Shown piece by piece: positions 26,899-37,500 of a stretch of 64,000 nt of DNA. Within the stretch, counting starts at the first letter, position 1. Every line of letters starts with the position of its first letter. The notes beneath the pieces were generated by a model. That model was not told where the DNA came from and did not search any database. It saw only the letters and a list, made by a program, of their open reading frames with translations. Source of the stretch: the human T2T-CHM13v2.0 reference genome, Homo sapiens; the NCBI RefSeq assembly GCF_009914755.1, contig NC_060930.1. One strand, given 5' to 3'. A program made the translations under genes and the position numbers.

Positions 26899-29800
26899 AC
26901 TCAAAACATCACTGTGGTCCTCCAGTTAAAGTAGGGCCTTATGGAGGTCAGGTAATTAATGGAGTTTTAGCTCAGATCCGACTTACAGTGGGTCCCTGGA
27001 CTCATCCTGCAGTCATTTCCCCAGTGCCAGAATGCAAAATTGGCATAGACATACTTAGCAGCTGGCAGAACCCCTACATTGGCTCCCTAACTGGTAGAGT
27101 GAGGGCTGTTATGGTAGGAAAGGTCAAATGGAAGCCATTAGAGCTGCCTCTACCTAGAAAAATAGTAAATCAAAAACAATATCACATCTCTGGAGGGATT
27201 GAGATGAGTGCCACAATCAAGGACTTGAAAGACGCAGGGGTGGTGATTCCCACCACATCCATGATCAACTCTCCCATTTGACCTGTGCAGAAGACAGATG
27301 GATCTTGGAGAATGACAGTGGATTATCACAAGTTTAACCAAGTGGTGACTCCAGTTGCAACTGCTGTACCAGGTGTGGTTTCATTGCTTGAGCAAATCAA
27401 CACATCTCCTGGTACCTGGTATGCAGCCATGGACTTGGCAAATGCCTTTTTCTACATTCCTGTCCATAAGGCCCACTAGAAGCAATTTGCCTTCAGCTGG
27501 CAAGGCCAGCAATATACATTTCCTGTCCTACCTCAGGGGTATATCACCTCTCCAGCTTTGTGTCATAATCTTATTTGGAGAGAACTTGATTGTTTTTCAC
27601 TTCCATAAGGTATCACACTGGTCCATTACATTGATGACAATGTGCTGATTGGATCCAGTGAGCAAGAAGTAGAAAACACACTGGACTTATTGGTGAGACA
27701 CCTGCATGCCAGAGAATGGGAAATAAATCTGACTAAAATTCAGGGAACTTCTACCTCAGTAAAATTTCTAGTGGTCCAATGTTGTGGAGCCTGTTGAGAT
27801 ATCCCTTCGAAGGTGAGGGATAAGTTGGTGCATTTGGCCCCTCTTAAAACCAAGAAAGAGGAACAATGCCTAGTGGGCTTATTTGGGTTTTAGAGGCAAC
27901 ACATTCCTCATTTGGGTATATTACTCTGGTCCATTTATGGAGTGACCCAAAAGGTTTCCAGTTTTAAGTGTGGTCCAGAACAGGAGAAGGCTCTCCAACA
28001 GGCCCAGGCTGCTGTGCAAGCTGCTCAGCCACTTGAACCATATGACCCAGCAGATCCAATGGTGTTTGAGGTGCCAGTGGTAGATAGGGATGCAGTTTGG
28101 AGCCTTTGGCAGGTCACCATAGGTGAATCATAGCAGAGGTCTCTAGGTTTTTGGAGGAAGGTCCTGCCATCTTCTGCAGATAACTACTCTCCTTTTGAGA
28201 GACAGCTGTTGGGCTGTTATTGGGCTTTGGTGGAAACTGAACGTTTGACTATGGGTCATCAAGTCACCATGCGACCTGAACTGCCTATCATGAACTGGGT
28301 GCTTTCTGACCCATCTACCCATAACATGGGTTATGCACAGCAGCATTCCATCATCAAATGGAAGTGGTATATACGTGATCAGGCTTGAACGAGTCCTGAA
28401 GACACAAGTTACATGAGGAAGTGGCTCAAATTACCATGGTCTCCACTCCTGCCACCCTGCCTTCTCTCCCCTAGCCTGCACCGATGGCATCCTGGGGAGT
28501 TCCCTATGATCAATTGATAGAGGAAGAGAAGACCAGGGCCTGGTTCACAGCTGCACAATATATAGGCACCACCCAAAAGTGGACACCTGCAGCACTACAG
28601 CCCCCTTCTAGGACATCCCTGAAAGACAGCAGTGAAGGGAAATCTTCCCAGTGGGCAGAACTTCGAGCAGTGCACCTGGCTGTCCACTTTACATGGAAGG
28701 AGAAATACATCCAGATTTGCTGGATGTATTGATTCATGGGCTGTAGCCAATGGTTTGGCTGGATGGTCAGTACTTGGAAGAAGTATGTTTGGAAAATCGG
28801 TGACAAAGAAATTTGGGGAAGAGGTATGTGGATGGACTTCTCTGAGTGGTCAAAAACTGTGAAGATGTTTGTATCCCATGTGAGTGCTCGCCAATGGGTG
28901 ACCTCAGCAGAGGAGGATTTTAATAATCAAGTGGATAGGATAACCCGTTCTGGGGACACCACTCAGCCTCTTTCCCCAGCCACCCCTGTCATCACCCAAT
29001 GGGCCCATGAACAAAGTGGCCACAGTGGCAGGGATGGAGGTTACACTTGGGATCAGCAACATGGACTTCCACTAACCAAGGCTGACTTGGATATAGTCAC
29101 TGCTGAGTGCCCAATTTGCCAGCAGCAGAGACCAACACTGAGTCCTCAATATGACACCATTCCTCGTGGTGATCAGCCAGCTACCTGGTGGCAGGTTGAT
29201 TATACTGGACCTTTTCCATCATGGAAAGGGCAGAGGTTTGTCCTCACTTGAATAGACACTTACTCTGGATATGGGTTTGCCTATCCTGCATGCAATGTTT
29301 CTGTCAAGACTACTATCCATGGATTCATAGAATGCCGTATCTACCATCATGGTATTCCACACACCACTGCCTCTGACCAAGGCTCTCATTTTATGGTTAA
29401 AGAAATGCAGCAGTGGGCTCATGCTCATGGAGTTCACTGGTCTTACCATGTTCCCCACATCATCCTGAAGCAGCTGGATTGATAGAACGGTGGAATGGCC
29501 TTTTGAAGTCACAATTGCAACACCATCTAGGTAACAATACTTTGCAGGGCTGGGGCAAAGTTCTCCAGAAAGTCATGTATGCTCTGAATCAGCATCCAAT
29601 ATATGGTATTCTTTCTCCCATAGCCAGGATTCATGGGTCCAGGAATCAAGGGGTGGAAGTGGAAGTGGCACCACTCACCATCACTGCTAGTGATGCACTA
29701 GCAAAATTTTTGCTTGCTGTTCCCATAACATTATGTTCTGCTGGCCTAGAGGTCTTAGTTCTTTGGAACGCTGTCACCCAGGAGACATAATGATGATTCC

Positions 29801-30125
29801 ATTAAACTGGAAGTTAAGATTGCCACGCTTTGGATTCCTCCTATCTTTAAGTCAATAGGCTAAGAAGGGAGTTACAGTGTTGCCTGGTGTGATTGACCTG
29901 GACTATCAAGATGAAATCAGTCTACTACTCCACAACGGAGTTAAGGAAGAGTACACATGCAATACAGGAGATCCATTAGGGCATCTCTTAGTATTACCAT
30001 CCCCTGTGATTAAGGTCAATGGGAAACTACAACAGCACAATCCAGGAAGGGCTACAAATGACCCAAACCCTTCAGGAATGAAAGTTTGGGTCACTCCACC
30101 AGGAAAAAAAGCCACGACCTGCTGA
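26899..30125 (+). pseudogene. HERV-L pro-pol-dUTPase pseudogene
   Basis: [19 protein letters not shown] and YIDD (27627-27638) for RT; SSQWAEL for RNase H; HEQSGH..CPIC, WWQVDY and GLIERWNG for integrase; PGVIDLDYQDEI for dUTPase; many stops and frameshifts. Confidence 0.93.
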
Positions 30126-30533
30126 GGTGCTTGCTGAAGGCAAAGGGAATACAGAATGCATAGCAGAAGAAGGAAGTCATCAATGCCAACTACGACCATG
30201 TGACCAGCTGCAAAAACCAGGACCGTAACTGTCATGAGTATTTCCTCCTTCTTTTGTTAAAAACACATGTGTGCATGCATACATTTGTACTAAAAAAAAT
30301 CTTCATTTTCTTTCCTTTTCATTTATCATGTGACGTAAGATTTATTGACTTCATATCAGCATTTAAGTATTGTTAACTTTATGTAATAGTATTTGGGTTA
30401 GGGATTGGTGTGTTTCGGTTGTACAAAGGTTGCATTATATTAGGCATAATTATGACTCTATTATTGTCTTTATTTGAAGATTATGTATGATCTCAGGAGA
30501 TATGTATGGATTCAAGTTGACAAGAGGTGGACT
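26899..30533 (+). mobile_element. HERV-L internal region, 5'-truncated (no 5' LTR or gag)
   Basis: ORF remnants of protease C-terminus, RT, RNase H, integrase and dUTPase; ends in PPT-like 'gacaagaggtggact' before the MLT2A LTR. Confidence 0.95.
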
Positions 30534-31557
30534 TGTGATGATTAATATTGAGTGTCAACTTGATTGAATGGAAGGATACAAAGTATTGATCCCGGGTGTG
30601 TCTGTGAAGGTGTTGCCAAAGGAGATTAACATTTGAGTCAGTGGGCTGGGAAAGGGAGTCCCACACTTAATCTGGGTGTGTTGGGAACAGGCCCCCCAAA
30701 ATCTGGCCATAAACTGTTCCCAAAACTGGCCATAAACAAAATCTCTACAGCACTGTGACATGTTCATGATGGCCATGACGCCCATGCTGGAAGGTTGTGG
30801 GTTTACCAGAATGAGGGCAAGGAACACCTGGCCCACCCAGGGCGGAAAACTGCTTAAAGGCGTTCTTAAACCACAAACAGTAGCATGAGCGATCTGTGCC
30901 TTAAGGACATGCTCCTGCTGCAGATAACTAGCCCAACCCATCCCTTTATTTCAGCCCATCCCTTTATTCCCATAAGGGACACTTTGAATCTAATATCTAT
31001 AGAAACAATGCTAATGAATGGCTTGCTGTTAATAAATACGTGGGTTAATCTCTGTTCGTGGCTCTCAGGTCTGAAGGCTGTGAGACCCCTGATTTCCTAC
31101 TTCACATCTCTATATTTCTGTGTGTGTGTCTTTAATTCCTCTAGCACCGCTGGATTAGGGTCTCCCTGACTGAGCTGGTCTCAGCATGGGTGGGAGCAAT
31201 CTAATAATCTGCCAGCATGGCTAGAATATATGCAGGCAGAAAAATGTGAAAAGAGAGACTGGTCTAGCCTCCCAGCCTACATCTTTCACCTATGCTGGAT
31301 GCTCCCTGCCCTCGAACATCGGACTTGAAGTTCTTCATTTTTGGAACTCAGACTGGCTGTCCTTGCTCCTCAGCCTGCAGATGGCCTATTGTGGGACCTT
31401 GTCATCAAGTGAGTTAATACTTAATAAACTCCCCTTTATATATATATATATATGTGTGAGTGTGTGTGTGTGTGTGTGTGTATACACATATTTATGTGTG
31501 TGTGTATATATATATATTCCATTAGTTCTGTCCCTCTAGAGAACCCTGACTAATACA
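30534..31557 (+). mobile_element. MLT2A2 3' LTR of the HERV-L, split by MER9 (parts 30534-30678 and 31187-31557)
   Basis: Runs from 'tgtgatgattaatattgagtgtcaacttgatt' to 'ctagagaaccctgactaataca', with the typical internal (TA)n/(TG)n tract at ~31435-31517. Confidence 0.92.
30679..31186 (+). mobile_element. MER9 solo LTR (HERV-K HML-3)
   Basis: Runs from 'tgttgggaacaggccccccaaaatctggcc' to 'gagctggtctcagca'; AATAAA at 31031; perfect 6-bp TSD tgggtg (30673-30678 and 31187-31192). Confidence 0.93.
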
Positions 31558-31889
31558 GATGGGAAACACTAATGTTATAAAATAAAAACAATGTATATAA
31601 AAGGCAAATAGGGAAAAGAAGGGAAAAAAAATCACCTCAATTCCATTTTAAGAGAGAAGTTTCCAAAGACAATGAGTGACAGAGCAGAGAGTTATCTACA
31701 AATAAGTACCTTGGCTTGCAAATGTAGGGAGACACCCAAAGCAGGCACAGAGCTGAAATGAAACCATTTGATGGAATGGGTTTCTAACCCCTAGGCCTCT
31801 GTTCAGACCTATCCCTCTGCTTGGCATTTCTCATTCTTGTTTTCCTATCTTATACCTGTATAGACTTTCCTTAAAAAAATTATATTATT

Positions 31890-32056
31890 TCATTTATACA
31901 AAGTTCAAAATAGACAAAATTAATCTATGGTGTTAGAAACCAGAATAATGGTGAATTTGAGAAAGAAAGTGATTGGAAAGGGTAGGCAGGTGTTTGTACA
32001 GCTATAGTTACATTTTGGTTTTCACTGTATGTGCCAGCTCTACTGGTTTTCACTTT
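31890..32056 (+). mobile_element. L1ME-type 3' UTR, left part (target of the HML-5 insertion)
   Basis: 'tatacaaagttcaaaatagacaaaattaatctatggtgttagaaaccagaataatgg'; resumes after the provirus at ~39812-39880 ('tttgtgcacttttaggtatgtatgttttccttcaataa'). Confidence 0.7.
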
Positions 32057-32062
32057 GCTACA

Positions 32063-32536
32063 TGTAGGAGATCAGTCGGGGTGGTGAGAAAAACTGTAGA
32101 AAGATGCAAACCTTCTTGGAAGGCCAGGAGGTTTTACAAAAGCTTTGGAAAAGGATTTGGCTGAAGGCAGCCTGATTCTCTTATCCAGTGCCTGAAAGCT
32201 TAGTTTAGATAACAAGGGGGTGTGAAGAAACTCATCTAGATAAGTTAGTCTACTTAGGCCTCTGAACGTGGCCTTTGATCATCTGCATGCAGGACTACTC
32301 TCCTCAGGGGTGGGGGTAGCAACCATGTTAATTACCCACAAGTGTGCTGACTCAAGGCCTTTGTCATTAAATCTGTACCGAATAAATGCCCACAGTGCTG
32401 GCTTGTTAGGGCCACGGCTGCTACAACTCTTTCTGTGAGCGGCCCAGTCCCCTAGCCTGCTCTTTCACTGGAAACCTGTGTCTGAGTGCATTTATTCACC
32501 TGTCACTCGGTGAGGGTCTACAGGTCAGACCCGGCA
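32063..32536 (+). promoter_or_regulatory. 5' LTR (LTR22 family)
   Basis: tgtaggagatcagtc...cccggca; AATAAA at 32381; direct repeat of 39332-39805. Confidence 0.92.
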
Positions 32537-32538
32537 GG

Positions 32539-32556
32539 TGGTGCCCCGTGTGAGGA
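32539..32556 (+). promoter_or_regulatory. Primer-binding site, tRNA-Met (elongator)
   Basis: TGGTGCCCCGTGTGAGGA is the reverse complement of the tRNA-Met 3' end (…TCCTCACACGGGGCACCA); it starts 2 nt after the LTR end. Confidence 0.9.
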
Positions 32557-32678
32557 ACACTGCAACAGATCACGAAGGAACCCTCAAAAATGAAGGTGAA
32601 GAGACTGCAGTCAGTAAGTCATTGGCGCCCACTTGAGATTTCCAAGTTCGAGTGAATTTTTCAGGCTAGAGTTTGATC

Positions 32679-34225
32679 ATGGGACAATAGTTACTAGCAC
32701 AACAGAAGCAGTATATCAAAGTATTGAAACAGCTGCTTAAAGCTAGTGGAGCCTCAGTTTCACAGGCTCAATTAAGGGACCTAATGCAAACTGTTGTTTT
32801 CCATAACCTGTGGTTCCCGGAAGAAGGTACCCTAGACGTAGAGTTCAGGGAACAAGTGGGGAGAAATCTTAAACAACATCATGTGCAAGGGCAACGTGTC
32901 CCAGTAATATCTCTAACATTATGGGCTTTAGTTAGGGTGGCTCTGGCCCCGTTATACACTGAAGAGCCTACAAAGCGGTGAGAGGAGAAACCGTCACCTA
33001 CCTTACTACCTCCTTATCCCTCAGCCCTGCTATCACCAGGCCAAAATAACAAAGAGGAAATGGAGGTTTTGCCTAAGCCCCCTCCTCCAATAAATTGGGA
33101 AAAGGCACAGGATATTCTACAGTTATGGGACCTTGTCTTAGATAAGCGGCATTAGAAGGGGATTTCTTAGCCTGTCTGGTAATGCAAGATCGACAGGGCA
33201 ATCAGGTACATGAACCCATTTCTTTTAAAGCTTATGAAGAGCTAAGAAAAAGCATTAAAGAAAAGGAGCCTCTAGCCCATTTATGAAAGGAATGATGGAA
33301 GATTTGGCAGACAACTTCTGTATGACCCCATGGGACTGGTCAGTGCTAGCTAAAACAACTTTGGAGCTCAGCCAATACCTCCTCTGGAGGGCAGAATATG
33401 ATGAGTTGTGGGAACAAGCCAACCAGAATCAATTGGCCAGGCAAGACATAACAGCTGCCATGCTCCAGGGGAGGGGTCCCCATGCCTATGTAAAACAACA
33501 ACTAAATTTTGATCCCCAGGCCTATGCGCAAGTGCCTTTGTGTGCTCTCAGGGCTTGGGACTGAATTCCCGAAAGCAGAGTTCAACAGGGATCCTTTGTA
33601 AATGTTCAACAAGGGCCTCAATAGCCATTTGTTGAATTTATCAATCGGTTAACCCAGGCAAGTAAAAGAAAAAATTAGCCATGCCCAGGCTGCTGATATC
33701 TTATTGTTGTAATTGGCTTATGAAAATGCTAATGTGGATTGCCAACGAGCAATGCAGGCAATCAGAGGAGAGAGAGCCACAGTTGGGGAACTTATATGAG
33801 CACTAACTGGTGAGGACTGAAACACACAAAGCCAAAATATTGACTGTGGCATTAAGGCCTCCTAAAGTGAAAAAGTTTTCTATGCAGAGTGAAACTGTTT
33901 TCTATGCAGAGAGCCAGGTCATGTGAAGAGGGAATGCCCCAATAATAGAGACCAAGGTAATTCAGGAAAAGAACCCCCTTCTATATGCCCCCAATGTAAA
34001 AAGCGGAAACATTGGGCAAATCAATGTAGGTCCAAATTTGATAAAAATGGCAACCGCATAAGTAACTGGGCAGGAAACTTCATGAGGGGCTGGCCCCAGG
34101 CCCCGCTTCAAACTGGGGCAATGCCAGCGGCTTTCCTTGGTCAGATGGAAAGCCCACAGTCCTCTCTCTCAGAGAAGCCACCACTGGGGCCACAGGACTG
34201 GACTTACTCTGCCCCAACGAATTAG
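32679..34225 (+). pseudogene. gag: HML-5 gag pseudogene
   Basis: ATG GGA CAA TAG start (myristoylation Gly, stop at codon 4); matrix motif WFPEEGTLD; capsid motif MTPWDW; CCHC knuckle CPQCKKRKHWANQC; multiple stops and frameshifts. Confidence 0.92.
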
Positions 34226-34865
34226 TGGTAAAAGGAGGAGAAGACCCTAAAAGGGTTGCAACGGGGATCTGGGGCCCACTGCCTCTGGGAACAGTGGGAT
34301 TGGTCCTAGGATGATCAAGCCTATCCAGTAAAGGAATTAATGTGCTCACTGGGGTAACTGATAGTGACTATCAAGTTGAGATATTGGTTATGATGGAATG
34401 CAAAGGTCTGCATATTCTTCCCCCTGGATCAAAGATAGCTCAGTTACTACTTTTACCATACTGAGTCCCCAGTGCCCATGGAGAGGAAAGGTGAAAGGGA
34501 AGTTTTGGAAGCACAGGAGCCACAAAAGTATATTGGAACCAATTAATCACTGACCAGAGACCTACGATTACCTTAAAAATTGGAAATGAAAATTTTACTG
34601 CCTTATTGGACACAGGGGTGGAGAGTTCAATCATCAGTGATCAAAACTGGCCAGAAACTTGGCCTTGAGTCACTCAGAAACAAAAAATTGTCAGCATCGG
34701 GGAAGCTCACACAGCCAAGCAGAGCGCATGCCCCCTAACCTGCTCTAATTCAGAGGGAAGAAAGGCAGTTATATAGCCTCTAATCATGCCCATCCTTGTT
34801 AATCTTTGGTGATGGGACCTATTAGCCCAATTGGGGGGGGTCACTTTGCAGACCCCTTTCTAATA
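34075..34865 (+). pseudogene. pro: HML-5 dUTPase-protease (pro) pseudogene
   Basis: dUTPase motifs (TGIWGPLP, GVTDSDY) followed by protease active site LLDTG (~34604-34618); degenerate gag-pro slippery site aggaaac at 34072-34078; in-frame stops. Confidence 0.88.
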
Positions 34866-37500
34866 ATGGCCACTGTTATTATCCCTCCCCTACCCCTGAC
34901 ACAGCTCTTTCAAGATCTAATTTGGGTAGAACAGTGGCCTTTAAAGGGAGAGAAATTACAAAGGGCCCATGAGTTAGTTGAGGAGCAATTAAAAGCCAGC
35001 TATGTGAAACCATTTTTGTCATTCCCAAAAAGTCTGGTAAAAGGAGACTTTCACATATCTTACATGCTATCAATGCTAATTTGCAACCTATGGGGCCCCT
35101 TCAGCAGGGGCTCCCCTCCCCACAGCAATTCTTCCATATTGGCCTATAATTGTTATTGACTTAAAAGACTGCTTATATACTATTCCCCTTACAGAACAGG
35201 ACAGAGAAAAATTTGCGTTTACAATACCAGCAATCAATGACGAAAGGTCAGTTTGCTGATTTCACTCGAAAGTGCTTCCTCAAGGTATGCTAAATAGTCC
35301 TACCATGTGTCAGTATCATGTAAATCAAGCTTTGCTTCCCAGTAGAAAAAAAATTCCTAATTGCAAGATTATTCATTTTATGGATATTTTACTAGCAGCC
35401 CCAACAGAGCCAATATTTTTAAGGTTACATGCCTCTGTTGTAAAGAATACACAGTTAAAAGATTTAATCATAGCATCTGAAAAAGTACAAATGTCCTCTC
35501 CTTGGAAATATGTTGAGTACATACTAACTTCTCAGTCAGCAAGATCTCAAAAGGTTAAATTAAATACTAGCAACTTACACACCTTAAATGATTATCAGAA
35601 ATTACTAGGCAGGATTTACTAGCTTTGCCCTACCTTAGGCATAACTACTGATAAGTAATAAAATCTGTTTTCTATCTCAAAAGGCACTGCTGCCCTAGAC
35701 TCTCCTAGGTATTTAACTCCTTCAGCACAAAGGGAAATTGAAAAGATAGAGCAAGCTATTTCTCAAAGGCAACTAGATCATAGAGATCCATGGTATTCAG
35801 TTCAATTGTTTGTTTCTCCCACTAAACACTCTCCTACAGGATGAATAAGACAGATGACCCCAGGGCTGCGCTTCCTAGAATGGGTTTTTTGCTCACATAC
35901 CAGGACTAGAACACTCTCTCCCTCTATCCAGTTAGTTAGCAAAGTCATCTATTCAGGCCGCAGACAATACAATCTATTGCTAGGTTATGACCATGATGTC
36001 ACAAAAATTCCTCTTGAGTAAAAACAATTCAAAGCAGTATTGCCCTTATCTATAGACCTGCAGATAGCACTCTGTGATTATACAGGCCATATAGAGCATG
36101 CCCTTCTTGCTGACAAACTCCTTCAGTTCTTATCTCGTACTCCTGTGATTTTGCCTACAAAAATAGTTCACTCCCCCATACCTAAAGCTTTAACTCTGTT
36201 TACTGATGGCTCTGGTAAACATGGAAAAGTGGCTGTTTGGTGGAGACCACATAATTCCCTCACTCATTCTGGATTTACTACCACTCAGAGAGCTGAGGCT
36301 GGAGCCTTAATATTGGCCTTGAGAACTTTTTCTGCTCAGCCCATCAATATTGTTAGTCATTCTGCTTACTCTGTTTATTTATTACAAAACCTTGAGACAG
36401 CCCTCATTAAGTCCACTCTAGAGCCCACCCTGTGTGCACTTTTTCTCCGACTTCAGCAATTGCTAGATCAACGTACATATCCTATTTTTATTACTCACAT
36501 TTGGGCCCACAGCTCACTGCCAGGCACATTGGCTTACGGCAATGATCAAGCAGACCTACATCACTGCTTGACCAAGCCAACCAATCGCATCAATTTTTCC
36601 ACCCAAACTGGAAAAACGTATCTAAACAATTTCAACTTACCCAGAGACTAGCTAAACAAATTATCCTACAATGCCCAGATTGCCAGCTCACAGGCATGTC
36701 CCCTCCTTCAACAGGTGTTAACCCTAGAGGACTAAAAGCTAATCAGTTATGGCAAACAGATGTTACACACATCCCTGAATTTAGAAAACTTAAATATGTA
36801 CATGTATCAGCTGATACCAATTCTCATTTAATTAGCGCTCATGCTCTTCCTGGAGAGTCCACCCAATATGTCATTAAACATCTTCTTTCAGCTTTTGCAT
36901 TTATGGGGCAGCTCACAAAAATTAAAACTGATAATGGTCTGGCTTATGCCTGCTCACAATTTCAACAATTTTGTCACATGGGAAACATCCATCACTCCAT
37001 AGGCATCTCGTATAACCCCCAAGGATAGGCCATAATCAAATGTACCCACTCCACCCTTAAAAATATGCTCAGAAAACAAAAAAGGGGGAATATGAGTAAG
37101 GACCCTGCAACACTACTAGCACAAGCCTTATTTACCCTCAAATTTTTAAAATTTATATGATAAATTTCAATCAGCTGTAGAAAAGCACTTTGCTAAAATG
37201 TCTCAAGACATAAAACCTGCAGTTTTATGGAAAGATGTAAACAGTAATGTATGGTATTGTCCAAATGAATTGTTAATGTAGGAAAGAGGATATGCTTGTG
37301 TTCACACCCCCTCAGGTCCTCTTTGAATTCCAGCACAACGTATCAAACCATACCATGGTGTGGCTGGGACTCAACCCAGTACCAGAAATGAAGAAAAGGA
37401 CCCTACAGGATCTGCAGCCCCAGACAATGCAGCTTCCTCGGACGACACAAGTCCCGGACATTACACGGGGGATGCTAAAGAGGACAACTCAGAAGGCTGA
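34850..37500 (+). pseudogene. pol: HML-5 pol pseudogene (RT, RNase H, integrase)
   Basis: WVEQWPL, LPQGMLNSPTMCQ and a decayed YMDD (HFMD-ILL) for RT; LFTDGS and TQRAE for RNase H; HQFFH..CPDC, WQTDVTH and KTDNG for integrase; frameshifts and stops. Confidence 0.93.

Noticed and set aside
26988-30125. HERV-L ORF fragments as functional CDS
   Set aside because: Multiple in-frame stops and frameshifts, and no 5' LTR or gag.
32539-32556. tRNA gene
   Set aside because: Only an 18-nt complement of the tRNA-Met 3' end (the PBS); no tRNA body.
36040-36651. 203-aa RNase H-containing ORF as a domesticated gene
   Set aside because: Starts at a non-ATG codon, a catalytic Asp position reads His (IVSHSAY), and it runs out of frame at its end; an ordinary pol remnant.
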